A DNA stretch of 64,000 nucleotides, taken from NCBI GenBank assembly GCA_963785235.1, contig CAWAUM010000011.1, positions 1 to 64,000 on the forward strand, given 5' to 3'. The translations under genes and the position numbers were made by a program. Under the pieces are notes generated by a model that saw nothing but the letters and a program-made list of their open reading frames with translations, was not told the origin of the DNA and did not search any database. Origin of the DNA: an uncultured delta proteobacterium (GTDB lineage: Bacteria; Desulfobacterota; Desulfomonilia; UBA1062). Every line of letters begins with the position of its first letter. The first letter of the stretch is position 1. Of this stretch, positions 23,186 through 33,181 are shown in pieces.

Positions 23186-24757
23186 ATGGCAAAAATCACA
23201 AGAGTCCTTGTGAGTGTAACTGACAAGACAGGTATTGTAGATTTTATGAAAGAGCTCGCTTCATTCGGCGTGGAGATCATCTCAACAGGTGGCACTGCCA
23301 AGACACTGAAGGACAGCGGCATCAAGGTGGTTGACATCTCTGAGTACACAGGCTTTCCTGAGATGATGGATGGCAGGCTCAAGACCCTGCATCCTCTGGT
23401 GCACGGCGGTATGCTGGCCATCCGCGACAATGCCGAGCATGTCGAGGCCATGAAAAAGCACGGTATCAAGCCCATTGATATGCTCGTGGTCAACCTCTAC
23501 CGCTTCGAGGAGACGATTGCCAAGGGCGCATCGCTGGATGAGGCCATCGAGAATATCGATATTGGGGGGCCTGCCATGGTAAGGGCAGCATCCAAGAACT
23601 ACAAGTATGTGTCCGTAGTGACCGACACAGCCCAGTATTCAAAGATCATTGCCGAGATGAAACAGTCCGGCGGCTCACTGAGTGAGAAGACCAACTTCGA
23701 GCTCGCCAGGGACGCCTTCTCGCTGACCGCGCGTTATGATGCAGCCATCTCCAACCACCTCCAGGGCATTGATGTTGAGGAGGGACAGTTCCCGCTCACC
23801 TACACAGTCCAGTACAAACGCTCCCAGATCATGCGTTATGGTGAAAATCCCCACCAGAAGGCTGCCTTCTACACAGAGCCCAACGTGGACCAACCTTCCA
23901 TCTCCGGTGCAGAACAGCTCTGGGGCAAGGAGCTCTCATACAACAATATCATGGACTCCGATGCGGCGCTGGATCTCATCATGGAGTTCGAAAAGCCTGC
24001 GTGCGTGATCCTCAAGCACTCCAACCCCTGCGGGGCCGCACAATCGACAAGCTCGTTGACTGAGGCGTACCGGAAGGCGCTGGCCGTGGATACAACATCG
24101 GCCTTTGGCGGTATAGTGGGGCTGAATCGTATAGTGGATGAAGAGACGGCAAAGGCCATCGGTGAGATCTTCACCGAGGTTGTAGTGGCCCCTGGCTATA
24201 CCCCTGCGGCCCTTGCCTTACTTGAAGCGAAGAAGAATATCCGCTTGCTACAGGTCCCGGATATTGCCCAGGGGATAAAGGCAAAAAAGCAGATGCTCTC
24301 CTCGCGCAGGGTAACCGGAGGCCTTCTCCTCCAGGAACGTGACCTGGGCGACATTGACCTGGCCAAGGCCCAGGTGGTTACCTCGCGCCAACCCACCGCC
24401 GACGAGATGGAGGCGTTGAAGTTTGCATGGCGCATCGTTAAGTATGTTAAATCCAACGCGGTGATCTATGCCGCTGCCGACCAGCTTATAGGCGTGGGCG
24501 CAGGCCAGATGAGCCGGGTGGATTCATCGAAACTGGCCATTATCAAGGCTGCCAACGCAGGTTTGTCCACCAAGGGTACGGTTGTAGCCTCCGATGCCTT
24601 TTTTCCCTTCCGTGACGGCATCGACGAGGCTGCCAAGGCTGGAGCAACGGCAGTCGTGCAACCGGGCGGATCAGTGCGCGACCAGGAGGTCATTCAAGCT
24701 GCAAATGAGCATGACATGGCTATGATCTTTACCGGCATGCGCCACTTCAGGCACTAG
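23186..24757 (+). CDS. purH: bifunctional AICAR transformylase / IMP cyclohydrolase
   Basis: [44 protein letters not shown] and RHFRH. Confidence 0.97.
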   Translation: MAKITRVLVSVTDKTGIVDFMKELASFGVEIISTGGTAKTLKDSGIKVVDISEYTGFPEMMDGRLKTLHPLVHGGMLAIRDNAEHVEAMKKHGIKPIDMLVVNLYRFEETIAKGASLDEAIENIDIGGPAMVRAASKNYKYVSVVTDTAQYSKIIAEMKQSGGSLSEKTNFELARDAFSLTARYDAAISNHLQGIDVEEGQFPLTYTVQYKRSQIMRYGENPHQKAAFYTEPNVDQPSISGAEQLWGKELSYNNIMDSDAALDLIMEFEKPACVILKHSNPCGAAQSTSSLTEAYRKALAVDTTSAFGGIVGLNRIVDEETAKAIGEIFTEVVVAPGYTPAALALLEAKKNIRLLQVPDIAQGIKAKKQMLSSRRVTGGLLLQERDLGDIDLAKAQVVTSRQPTADEMEALKFAWRIVKYVKSNAVIYAAADQLIGVGAGQMSRVDSSKLAIIKAANAGLSTKGTVVASDAFFPFRDGIDEAAKAGATAVVQPGGSVRDQEVIQAANEHDMAMIFTGMRHFRH

Positions 24758-24768
24758 GGAGTACATCG

Positions 24769-26049
24769 ATGCGGGTGCTGGTGGTTGGTTCGGGCGGAAG
24801 AGAGCATACCCTATGCTGGAAGATCGAACAGAGCAGCCTGGTGGACGAGGTGTTCTGCGCCCCGGGTAACGGTGGCATTGCGCAAAGTGCCATCTGTATC
24901 GACATCGGGGCAGATGATATTACAGGACTTTTGCGGTTCGCCAAATACAATGGAATTGATCTCACCATAGTCGGCCCCGAGGCACCTTTGACCAATGGAA
25001 TTGTGGATGCCTTTTCATCAGAAGGCCTTGCAGTCTTCGGCCCGGACAAGGCTGCAGCAGCTCTCGAAGGATCCAAGGCCTTTGCCAAGGACGTGATGAA
25101 TGCTTGCAATATCCCCACGGCCCAATACGGGGTCTTCTCAGATGCAGATACAGCCAAGGTTTATATCCGGGAGGCCGGATTCAATGTAGTGGTTAAGGCC
25201 GACGGCCTGGCAGCAGGCAAGGGAGTGCTTGTCACCTCTTCAAAGGAAGAGGCCTATGCAGCCATAGACGAGGTAATGGTGAAGAGGTCTTTCGGCGATG
25301 CCGGGAACCACGTTGTCATCGAGGAACTGCTCGAAGGTGAGGAGGCATCTTTCATAGCCATCTGCGACGGCGAGAATGTTCTGCCGCTTGCCTCGTCCCA
25401 GGACCACAAACGGGTCTTTGACCATGACGAGGGGCCCAACACGGGCGGCATGGGGGCATACTCGCCCGCGCCAATAGTGGATGATGCCATGACCAGTGTT
25501 GTGATGGAAAAGATCCTTTATCCCTTAGTGACAGGACTCAAGAAGCAGGGCATCACCTACAAGGGTGTCCTTTATGCTGGCCTCATGATAAATTCATCCG
25601 GCCCATCAGTGCTCGAATTCAACGTGCGCATGGGCGACCCTGAAACCCAGCCTCTGCTTATGCGGTGTAAGAACGACATCGTACCTTTGCTCCTGGAAGT
25701 GGCAAGGGGCGGGAGTATAAAAGACTACAAGCTTGAATGGGAAGGCGGCCCCAGTGTGTGTGTGGTCATGGCCTCGGGCGGATACCCCGGTACTATCGAG
25801 AAGGGCATGGTGATCAGCGGCATCGATCAGGCAGACAAGATCGAAGGGGTAAAGGTCTTTCATGCAGGCACCAGGATTCACGGAAACGCCTTTGTCACCA
25901 CCGGTGGCAGAGTACTGGGCGTCACGGCTGTGGGGAATGACCTGAAAGAAGCCATAGCCAAGGCATACCGGGGGGCATCCCTCATTTCATTTGAGAAGAT
26001 GCATTATCGCAAAGATATCGGGCACAAGGCCCTGGAGAGGTTGTCATGA
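24769..26049 (+). CDS. purD: phosphoribosylamine-glycine ligase
   Basis: GSGGREH, KADGLAAGKGV, QDHKR..D.GPNTGGMG and EFNVRMGDPE. Confidence 0.97.
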   Translation: MRVLVVGSGGREHTLCWKIEQSSLVDEVFCAPGNGGIAQSAICIDIGADDITGLLRFAKYNGIDLTIVGPEAPLTNGIVDAFSSEGLAVFGPDKAAAALEGSKAFAKDVMNACNIPTAQYGVFSDADTAKVYIREAGFNVVVKADGLAAGKGVLVTSSKEEAYAAIDEVMVKRSFGDAGNHVVIEELLEGEEASFIAICDGENVLPLASSQDHKRVFDHDEGPNTGGMGAYSPAPIVDDAMTSVVMEKILYPLVTGLKKQGITYKGVLYAGLMINSSGPSVLEFNVRMGDPETQPLLMRCKNDIVPLLLEVARGGSIKDYKLEWEGGPSVCVVMASGGYPGTIEKGMVISGIDQADKIEGVKVFHAGTRIHGNAFVTTGGRVLGVTAVGNDLKEAIAKAYRGASLISFEKMHYRKDIGHKALERLS

Positions 26050-26534
26050 AAGTAGCGGTTCTCATGGGAAGCAAATCTGACCTCACGGTCATGGAAGAGA
26101 GCGCGGCCACACTGAAGCAGTTCGGGCTTGACTGCGAGATGCGCATCATGTCCGCGCACCGTACCCCGGAAGAGGTCCTGGCCTTCAGCAAAGAGGCAAA
26201 GGCAAACGGATTTTCCGTTATCATCGCAGGCGCTGGTATGGCTGCACACCTTGCAGGGGTTATTGCCGCGCACACCACGCTGCCTGTAATAGGTGTGCCC
26301 ATTGCCTCTTCATCGCTGGGCGGACTTGATGCCCTGCTCGCCATGGTGCAGATGCCCCCGGGGGTGCCGGTTGCCACCATGGGCATCGGTAAGGCAGGCG
26401 CAAAAAACGCGGCCCTGCTTGCTGTAGAGATCCTCGCACTGAACGACGAGGCCTTAAGGAAGAGACTTGCCCAGTATAGGGCAGACATGCGCAAGACCGT
26501 GCTCGAAGAGGACGACAGCATCAAGAATTCTTGA
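26046..26534 (+). CDS. purE: N5-CAIR mutase
   Basis: MGSKSD, SAHRTP, AGMAAHL and QMPPGVPVAT. Confidence 0.97.
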   Translation: MKVAVLMGSKSDLTVMEESAATLKQFGLDCEMRIMSAHRTPEEVLAFSKEAKANGFSVIIAGAGMAAHLAGVIAAHTTLPVIGVPIASSSLGGLDALLAMVQMPPGVPVATMGIGKAGAKNAALLAVEILALNDEALRKRLAQYRADMRKTVLEEDDSIKNS

Positions 26535-26554
26535 GAGTTCCAATAGAGATGATT

Positions 26555-26615
26555 CCCCTGGCCACTTGCGTGAGAGGGTTAGGGTGAGGGGGCCGTTCTA
26601 ATCCTAACCCTGGCC
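26555..26615. repeat. degenerate BoxC-like GC-rich extragenic element
   Basis: GAGAGGGTTAGGGTGAGGGG followed by the complementary CCTAACCCT. Confidence 0.5.
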
Positions 26616-26635
26616 AGTTTGGAGGAAGCTAAGCA

Positions 26636-27232
26636 ATGCTGATCACCTCTGATGCCGCAGCTATCGCCTCGCTTATGCGTGCAAAGCCGGGAAGCATTGT
26701 GGCCTACCCCACCGAGACCTTCTATGGATTAGGGGTTCTCACTGACAGCAGAGATGGTCTGGACAGGATCATTACGGTCAAGGGCCGGGATGCTGCCAAG
26801 GGCATGATCGTGTTGGTATCGGACTTGACCATGGCATCTTGCATCGCGGTTATCGGAAATGACCAAGAGAAGCTCCTTGAAAGGCTCTGGCCTGGGCCCG
26901 TGAGCGTTCTTCTGAAGGCGAAACAGGAAATTGATCCTCTGCTTGCTCCGGGCGGCAAGGTGGCGCTGCGTATCTCTCCTAATATTCTGGCCAACTCTCT
27001 GGTTGAAATGGTGGGGCCCATTACCTCCACATCCGCCAACAGATCAGGCGATCCTCCTGCCCGCACAGCCCATGAGGTGGTAGGAATGGGACTTGCCATT
27101 GAAGCCATCTTCGATGGTGGCGAGACACCGGGAGGCAAACCCTCCACCCTCATCGATCTCACGACTTGGCCGCCTGTGTGCCTTAGGGAAGGGGCAGTAA
27201 CTTTCCAGGAGATTCTCGCCAAATGTTCATAA
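26636..27232 (+). CDS. tsaC: L-threonylcarbamoyladenylate synthase (YrdC/Sua5)
   Basis: YPTETFYGL, KGR, LWPGP, STSANRSG and PSTLID. Confidence 0.9.
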   Translation: MLITSDAAAIASLMRAKPGSIVAYPTETFYGLGVLTDSRDGLDRIITVKGRDAAKGMIVLVSDLTMASCIAVIGNDQEKLLERLWPGPVSVLLKAKQEIDPLLAPGGKVALRISPNILANSLVEMVGPITSTSANRSGDPPARTAHEVVGMGLAIEAIFDGGETPGGKPSTLIDLTTWPPVCLREGAVTFQEILAKCS

Positions 27233-27277
27233 AAGAGCTCAGCTCATGATTCAATCCGGTTATCTTGGGGAGGTGGT

Positions 27278-27730
27278 ATGGACCTTGAGGCATTGAAGAC
27301 AGCTATTACTGAGACTATCCCGTGGGTGAAGATGAGTGGGCTCTGTGTGGAGATTTTTGAAGAAGGCCATGTGAAGCTTTCCGTTCCTGCCAAAAACCAC
27401 ATGAACCATGTTGGGATCGTCTATGCAGGCACCCATTTCATGCTCATGGAGGTCGCTGGTGCTGCCCTGTTTCTGGCGACCTACGGCATAGAGAGATTCT
27501 TGCCCATCAACAAGGGGATGAATATACGCTTCCTGAAGCCCGCCTTCACAGGCATTTCATGCGAGCTTATGATAGAAAGGGGGGAAGCGCTGGAAAAGCT
27601 CAAACCGATTGAGGAAAAAGGCAGGGGGGAATGGATTCTCGATATGGCCGTCAGTGATACACGCGGCGTAATCGTTTCCACCTCGACATGCACATACTAC
27701 CTCATACCTTCTAAAGACCCTTCCATATAA
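27278..27730 (+). CDS. hotdog-fold thioesterase (PaaI/YiiD-like)
   Basis: NHVGIVYAG..F.L.E.AG and IRFLKPA motifs; GGAGGT RBS. Confidence 0.75.
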   Translation: MDLEALKTAITETIPWVKMSGLCVEIFEEGHVKLSVPAKNHMNHVGIVYAGTHFMLMEVAGAALFLATYGIERFLPINKGMNIRFLKPAFTGISCELMIERGEALEKLKPIEEKGRGEWILDMAVSDTRGVIVSTSTCTYYLIPSKDPSI

Positions 27731-27781
27731 CCTATTGGTGTATGCGCAGGCGGCATTACATGCTGTATGCCATGCACAAAA

Positions 27782-28954
27782 TTATATGCGTTCAAAAATT
27801 GTGGCCGGTGCCTGTCCTCCGCCGGTGCAGAGGGTAACCAGGGCATATTTCCCCTTGCGGTGCAGCAGTTCATGGATTGCGGTGACGCTCAGCCTGCAAC
27901 CACTGTTGCCAACCGGATGCCCCAGAGCAAGCGCCCCGCCGTTGACGTTGAGCTTGTCCATGTCTGCCTTGAGTTCCTTTGCCCATGCCAGTGGTATGGG
28001 TGCGAAGGCCTCGTTGACCTCGAAGAGGTCCATATCATTCATGGTGAGGCCTGCTTTGGCAAGTACCTTAGGTGTCACAGTGATGGGGCCGGTGAGCATG
28101 AGCTTGGGATCAGAGCCCACCACGGCGCTGGCCACAACCCGCGCCAGGGGGGTAAGGCCAAGCTGATTCACCTTTTCGCCGCTCATAAGGACCATGGCTG
28201 ATGCGCCGTCTGTGACGGTGCTGGAGAGCCCGGCAGTCATCCAGTCGGTGCCGGGGAGCACCTTCAGCGACTCCAACCCTTCTCGTGTGGTTCCTGGACG
28301 TACCGGCTCATCGTTAATGCATTCAATCCTGTTGCCGTCCTTGTCGAGCCCGGAAATTTTCATGATTTCATCCTTGAAGCGGCCCTCCACTGTGGCCCTG
28401 TGGGCCTTCGTGTGGCTGGCAACGGCGAAATCCTGGCACTCTTCCTTTGTGATGTTCCACTTGCGTGCAATGGCCTGGGCTGCATCAATCTGGCTGGGGA
28501 TACCATATTTGTTCAAGTAGAATGTGCCGATGGGGTGCCCGGCATTCTGCCCATTTGCCAGTGTGCAGTTCATATCCGATGCGATACCGTACTTAGACAT
28601 GATCTCGCAGCCGCTGGCTATTACCACGTCATGGGTTCCTGATGCGATCATAGAAGCGGCGATCTGGATTGCCGAAAGACTGCTGCCGCACTGGCGGTTA
28701 ACTGTGATGCCGCCAAGGGTCTCTGGAAGATTTGATGCCAGGACTGCCATGCGTGCAAGGTTAAATCCCTGTTCCCCAAGCTGATATACGCAGCCGGTAA
28801 TGACATCATCAACCTCTTCGGTGTCCAGCTTAATGCTGTTAACAGATTCGTCAAGGACACAGGCCAGGAGCTCCGGCGCCATGTATTCACGGAAGTAACC
28901 TCTCTGTCTGCCCACTGCTGTTCTGATAGCGCTAATGATAAATACGTCTTTCAT
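27782..28954 (-). CDS. thiolase (acetyl-CoA C-acyltransferase)
   Basis: RQCGSS, NEAF, GHPVG and LCTGGG catalytic motifs. Confidence 0.93.
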   Translation of the reverse strand: MKDVFIISAIRTAVGRQRGYFREYMAPELLACVLDESVNSIKLDTEEVDDVITGCVYQLGEQGFNLARMAVLASNLPETLGGITVNRQCGSSLSAIQIAASMIASGTHDVVIASGCEIMSKYGIASDMNCTLANGQNAGHPIGTFYLNKYGIPSQIDAAQAIARKWNITKEECQDFAVASHTKAHRATVEGRFKDEIMKISGLDKDGNRIECINDEPVRPGTTREGLESLKVLPGTDWMTAGLSSTVTDGASAMVLMSGEKVNQLGLTPLARVVASAVVGSDPKLMLTGPITVTPKVLAKAGLTMNDMDLFEVNEAFAPIPLAWAKELKADMDKLNVNGGALALGHPVGNSGCRLSVTAIHELLHRKGKYALVTLCTGGGQAPATIFERI

Positions 28955-29064
28955 AATAAACCTCCCCATAGATTATGTAACCCGACCTTTGTTGATCTAT
29001 CTGAGGAAAGCACCCGAGGGCGGGTTTACAAAACACTGCATGAAGCTTATTGTATTATAATAAG

Positions 29065-29093
29065 ACAATAACGGACCAAGGCCGTTATGTCAA
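29065..29093 (-). promoter_or_regulatory. putative sigma70 promoter of the thiolase
   Basis: TTGACA-17 nt-TATTGT on the minus strand, overlapped by two inverted repeats. Confidence 0.45.
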
Positions 29094-29217
29094 ACAGTTT
29101 AAAATGCCACCTCCTATGCAAGCAGGCAGGACATATCTATAAAATTAGGCCGGATTCAACCATCTATTCTTTCACGAGAAGATCGATCCCAATCAGTAAT
29201 GAGGGCATCAAAGGGAT

Positions 29218-30768
29218 CTACTTCCCTAATTGCTCCTTTAGCTCCCGTTTCAAGATTTTACCCGAGGGATTCTTGGGGAGTTTGTCGGTAACGAGGATCT
29301 TCTTTGGGCATTTGAACCCTGCCAGGTGCTCTTTGCAGTAGGCGATAAGTTCTTTTTCGTTCAGGGATACACCCTTTTTCGGTATGACTACGGCCGCTAC
29401 GATCTCGATCCACTTGGGGTCCGGGAGCCCGATTACTGCTACCTCTTCTATGCCCGGATACTGGTACAGGACCTCTTCGACCTCCCTTGACGCGACGTTT
29501 TCCCCGCCTGTCTTGATCATGTCCTTCTTACGGTCCACTACATAGAGATACCCGTCCTCATCGAACCTGCCAAGGTCGCCGCTATGGAACCAACCAAAGG
29601 CGAAGGCATCTTCCGTTTTCTCAGAATCGTTGAGATATCCCGACATGACGTGACCCGAGCGGTGTACGATCTCACCAACAGAGCCCAACGGGACGAAATT
29701 CCCGTCATCATCCATCAACCGGGTTTCAACATTGAGCACCGGTTTTCCTGCCGAGCCGGGTTTCAGGAGCTGGTCCTCGGGCTTCAGGATGGTAGCAACC
29801 GGGCCCATTTCGGTCTGACCGTAGTAGTTCCAGAGTTTCAGCCCTCGGAAGGTGACGGAAAGCTGTTTGATGATCTCAACCGGCATGATGCTGGCGCCGT
29901 AGGCAGCCTTTTTCAAGCTGTTGTGGTTATAATTCTTGAATTCCGGGTTATTGAGGATTCCGATCCAGACCGTGGGCGGTGCAAACATGTGGGTAATCTG
30001 ATATTTTTCGATCAACCTGATCATCTCAAGGGGGTCTGCCTTGTGCATGATCACATTAGTGGCACCGATATACAGATACGGCATAAGGAAGCAATGGAGC
30101 TGGGCGCAGTGGAAAAGGGGCAGGGCATGCAGGCTCACGTCGTAGGTGTCGTACTGGCCGTCGAAAATGCAGCTGTGGTACTGCGACATGAGTGCCCTGT
30201 GCGAGAGCATCGCCCCCTTGGGCTTTGATTCCGTACCGCTGGTGTAAGGGATCTGGACGATGTCTTCTGCGCTGACTTCGACCTGGGGTTCATCCAAGGA
30301 CATGTTCTCCATTTCCTTTATCAGGTTGAAGAAACCATCGGGAACCATGGAATCACCTAATGGGATGAAGCCCCACTTTTCCACACTGGTGAATTTTGCC
30401 TGAGACTGGGCGATGATGGGGTAGAGGGCATCTTCGACTATGAAGACCTTCGATCCCGAGTGGTTGATAATAAAAGCTATCTCCTCTGCATTCAGCATAT
30501 AGTTGATGGGGACCTGGATTGCGCCGATTTTGGCCAAACCGATCATACTGATTGGATAATAATGGGAGTTGTATGCATATACCGCGACTCGGTCGCCTTT
30601 CTTAACGCCATACGCTGTCATGAGATTAGCAAAGCGGCGTGCCTCCCGCTCGAGATCAAAAAAGGAGAGCTTCAAGTCGCGGAAGATTATGGCGGTCCTA
30701 TCGCCGTATTTGGTAGCTGCCCTTCTGGCCATATCGCCGATTGTATCCCTGTTGATGATGTTACCCAT
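29218..30768 (-). CDS. fatty-acid-CoA ligase (AMP-forming)
   Basis: YTSGTESKPKG, YGQTE, GWFHSGD, DRKKDMIKTGGENV and PKNPSGKILK. Confidence 0.93.
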   Translation of the reverse strand: MGNIINRDTIGDMARRAATKYGDRTAIIFRDLKLSFFDLEREARRFANLMTAYGVKKGDRVAVYAYNSHYYPISMIGLAKIGAIQVPINYMLNAEEIAFIINHSGSKVFIVEDALYPIIAQSQAKFTSVEKWGFIPLGDSMVPDGFFNLIKEMENMSLDEPQVEVSAEDIVQIPYTSGTESKPKGAMLSHRALMSQYHSCIFDGQYDTYDVSLHALPLFHCAQLHCFLMPYLYIGATNVIMHKADPLEMIRLIEKYQITHMFAPPTVWIGILNNPEFKNYNHNSLKKAAYGASIMPVEIIKQLSVTFRGLKLWNYYGQTEMGPVATILKPEDQLLKPGSAGKPVLNVETRLMDDDGNFVPLGSVGEIVHRSGHVMSGYLNDSEKTEDAFAFGWFHSGDLGRFDEDGYLYVVDRKKDMIKTGGENVASREVEEVLYQYPGIEEVAVIGLPDPKWIEIVAAVVIPKKGVSLNEKELIAYCKEHLAGFKCPKKILVTDKLPKNPSGKILKRELKEQLGK

Positions 30769-30824
30769 GGCTTCATCTCCTCGTATTAAGGGCTCAATCC
30801 GTCCCGTGATTTTTTGGAAGATGA

Positions 30825-30853
30825 ATTATAACGAACTCTGACCGGAGAGTCAA
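30825..30853 (-). promoter_or_regulatory. sigma70 promoter of the acyl-CoA ligase with an overlapping palindrome
   Basis: TTGACT-17 nt-TATAAT; TGAC-N6-GTCA over the -35. Confidence 0.7.
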
Positions 30854-30896
30854 TTTATTGGAGAAAGACGTATGTATTCAAGAGCTATGCTCTGTG

Positions 30897-31559
30897 CTAC
30901 CTCTTTTCCATAAGGGAGTAGTTAGCGCTATGGGAAGATTTCCTGCTCGTGATTTCTATGGTACTCAGTTCAGCTATCCTGAAAAACCGCTGGAAAAGAC
31001 GACGCAGCTCATGTTCAGAAGAGAAGTATAAGTAAGTCCCTAACGGGGTATGCCTGTACTTGCCTTTCCCGCCGAACTGCGGGTCCTTATCGCTGAAACA
31101 GACCGAGAGGTAGGTGCCTCCTGGATTCAATAACCTGAAAACACTTTCAATATAACGGTTCCTTTTTTGAGGAAACACATGGTGCAGGACCTCCCAGTCA
31201 AAGGCAAAGTCATACGTGTCCTGGATGTGTTCACCGGCATGGAGGACATCTGCCATAATGAATTGGCACCGCAACTTTTTTCCCCGGGCATTCTCTTTTG
31301 CAAGGGCAATGGCCGAGGGAGATATATCAATCCCTGTGACATCAAAACCATTCTTGGCTAGATAGATGGAATGATTGCCCGTACCGCAACCGAGATCAAT
31401 ACAGCGGCATGGTTTGATCCTGCCCTTCTCCACCAGGTCGACCAGGACCATGGGAGGATCCTCCACATTCCAGGGGATCTCACTGGTGGGGACCTTCTGG
31501 TATACATCTTCCGTGTCACGTGGCTTCTTGAGATAATCCATCAGTAAACCAGATTTCAT
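30897..31559 (-). CDS. class I SAM-dependent methyltransferase (TPMT/TehB-like)
   Basis: IPWN, DLGCGTG, GIDIS and LNPGG motifs. Confidence 0.85.
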   Translation of the reverse strand: MKSGLLMDYLKKPRDTEDVYQKVPTSEIPWNVEDPPMVLVDLVEKGRIKPCRCIDLGCGTGNHSIYLAKNGFDVTGIDISPSAIALAKENARGKKLRCQFIMADVLHAGEHIQDTYDFAFDWEVLHHVFPQKRNRYIESVFRLLNPGGTYLSVCFSDKDPQFGGKGKYRHTPLGTYLYFSSEHELRRLFQRFFRIAELSTIEITSRKSSHSANYSLMEKR

Positions 31560-31576
31560 GGTATGAATCTTCACGC

Positions 31577-32293
31577 CTAAAACAACTTTGCCTTCCTGAC
31601 AAAATCCTGAAATCCTTCCCGCTCGCATTTAAAAGCCTCATCAAAGGACACCTCGTTCTGTTTCTCGATCAATGACTTTATCTGCATCAAGATGTCGTAA
31701 TTGACCGCGCACATGTCCTGTGCGATCAGCTTGGCCCGGGGCACCAATTCCGCATGGGGAACCACCTCGTTAACCAGAGCGCACCTGAGGGCATCCTGGG
31801 CGGACAGGGGTTTGCATGTGAACGACAGCTGCTTGGCGAGGCGTTGGCCGATGGAGCGCTGCAGCAACTGGGTCATACCCCAACCCGGGTGGATGCCTAC
31901 CTTTGCATGGGAATCAATGAACCTGGCATTCTCGGAGGCGATGAGAAAATCGCACTGCATGGCAAGCTCAAAACCACCTGTTATAGCATTGCCGTTGATA
32001 GCCCCTATGATGGGCTTATTACAGGAAGCAAAGACATCCGGCATGTCTTTCCCGTCGCCCCGGGGATCAAGAAGATTATCCTTGCCGATGACGCTAAGAT
32101 CGATACCTGAGCAGAACGACTTGCCGTTACCGGTAAGGATCGCAACCTTTATATCGCCATTGCGCTTCACTTCATCGATAGAATTGTACAGGTTTATGAG
32201 CAAGTCCTGACAGATGGAATTGTGCCTTTCAGGTCGGTTCAGGGTAATCAGCGCATACTGGCCTTCTACTTCAAACAATACGGTTTTATCCAC
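31577..32293 (-). CDS. enoyl-CoA hydratase/isomerase family protein
   Basis: TLNRPE..N, FCSGIDL, AINGNAITGGFE and DSHAKVGIHPGWG. Confidence 0.9.
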   Translation of the reverse strand: MDKTVLFEVEGQYALITLNRPERHNSICQDLLINLYNSIDEVKRNGDIKVAILTGNGKSFCSGIDLSVIGKDNLLDPRGDGKDMPDVFASCNKPIIGAINGNAITGGFELAMQCDFLIASENARFIDSHAKVGIHPGWGMTQLLQRSIGQRLAKQLSFTCKPLSAQDALRCALVNEVVPHAELVPRAKLIAQDMCAVNYDILMQIKSLIEKQNEVSFDEAFKCEREGFQDFVRKAKLF

Positions 32294-32512
32294 GGTGTGA
32301 CTCCTTTCTCTGGGGATAGTGGGGCCATCTTTTCAAGTTTCAATTATAAACCCTTCCTTCGTATACGGGTAGGTTTTTATCATTCGCTGGTATTCTCCTG
32401 TCATTCGTATCTATCCTATCGTTATTGTAGAGATGATTGACTTCCCCGCGGTGTAGTGTATTGCATAAACATAGTTGATCAAAGAGAAGAAGTGTCCGGT
32501 TAAGGAGCAAGC

Positions 32513-33115
32513 ATGGGAGAATCAACCCGACTGTTTGTAAGTATTTGGATCAAGCTTTTCTTCCTGCTGACACCATTCTTTGTCATGTCCGTTTTTCTCT
32601 CACTGACCCAGGAACTTTCTGCTGTCCAACGCCGCAATGTGGCTTTGTGGCTTACCGTTGATGTTATCCTCATTTGTTTCGTCCTGTATTTTCTCGGCAA
32701 TGCCATCTTTTCGGTCTTCGGGATCACGTTGGATGCCTTTCGCATCGGTGCAGGGGCACTGCTTTTTCTCTCGGCTGTTGATCTTGTGCGGGGGAGCGAA
32801 ACCTCTATGCAACGAGAAGACCAGGGAAACATTACGGTTGTTCCATTGGCCATACCTATCACCGTGGGACCGGCTACTACCGGTGCCCTGCTCGTTATGG
32901 GTTCCGAGGTTGTCACTGTGTGGGAGAAGATCGTGGGTTGTGCGGCCCTTTTCAGTGCGGTAATATCCATGGGCATTCTTCTCTTTCTTGCCACCTCCAT
33001 CGAAAGAATCATCGGACGCACTGGGCTTAAAGTTCTCAGCAAGTTAACAGGTCTGATCCTTTCAGCCTTGGCGGCGCAGATCGTTTTTACCGGGATAAGG
33101 CATTTCCTCGCCTGA
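32513..33115 (+). CDS. MarC family membrane protein
   Basis: GITLDAFRIGAG and VVPLAIPITVGP motifs; multiple hydrophobic segments. Confidence 0.88.
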   Translation: MGESTRLFVSIWIKLFFLLTPFFVMSVFLSLTQELSAVQRRNVALWLTVDVILICFVLYFLGNAIFSVFGITLDAFRIGAGALLFLSAVDLVRGSETSMQREDQGNITVVPLAIPITVGPATTGALLVMGSEVVTVWEKIVGCAALFSAVISMGILLFLATSIERIIGRTGLKVLSKLTGLILSALAAQIVFTGIRHFLA

Positions 33116-33181
33116 CGATTATTAAGAGAAAGGTGCCAGTGTTTTTCCTATGAGTATTATTCCACGAAAAAATCTTAATGG

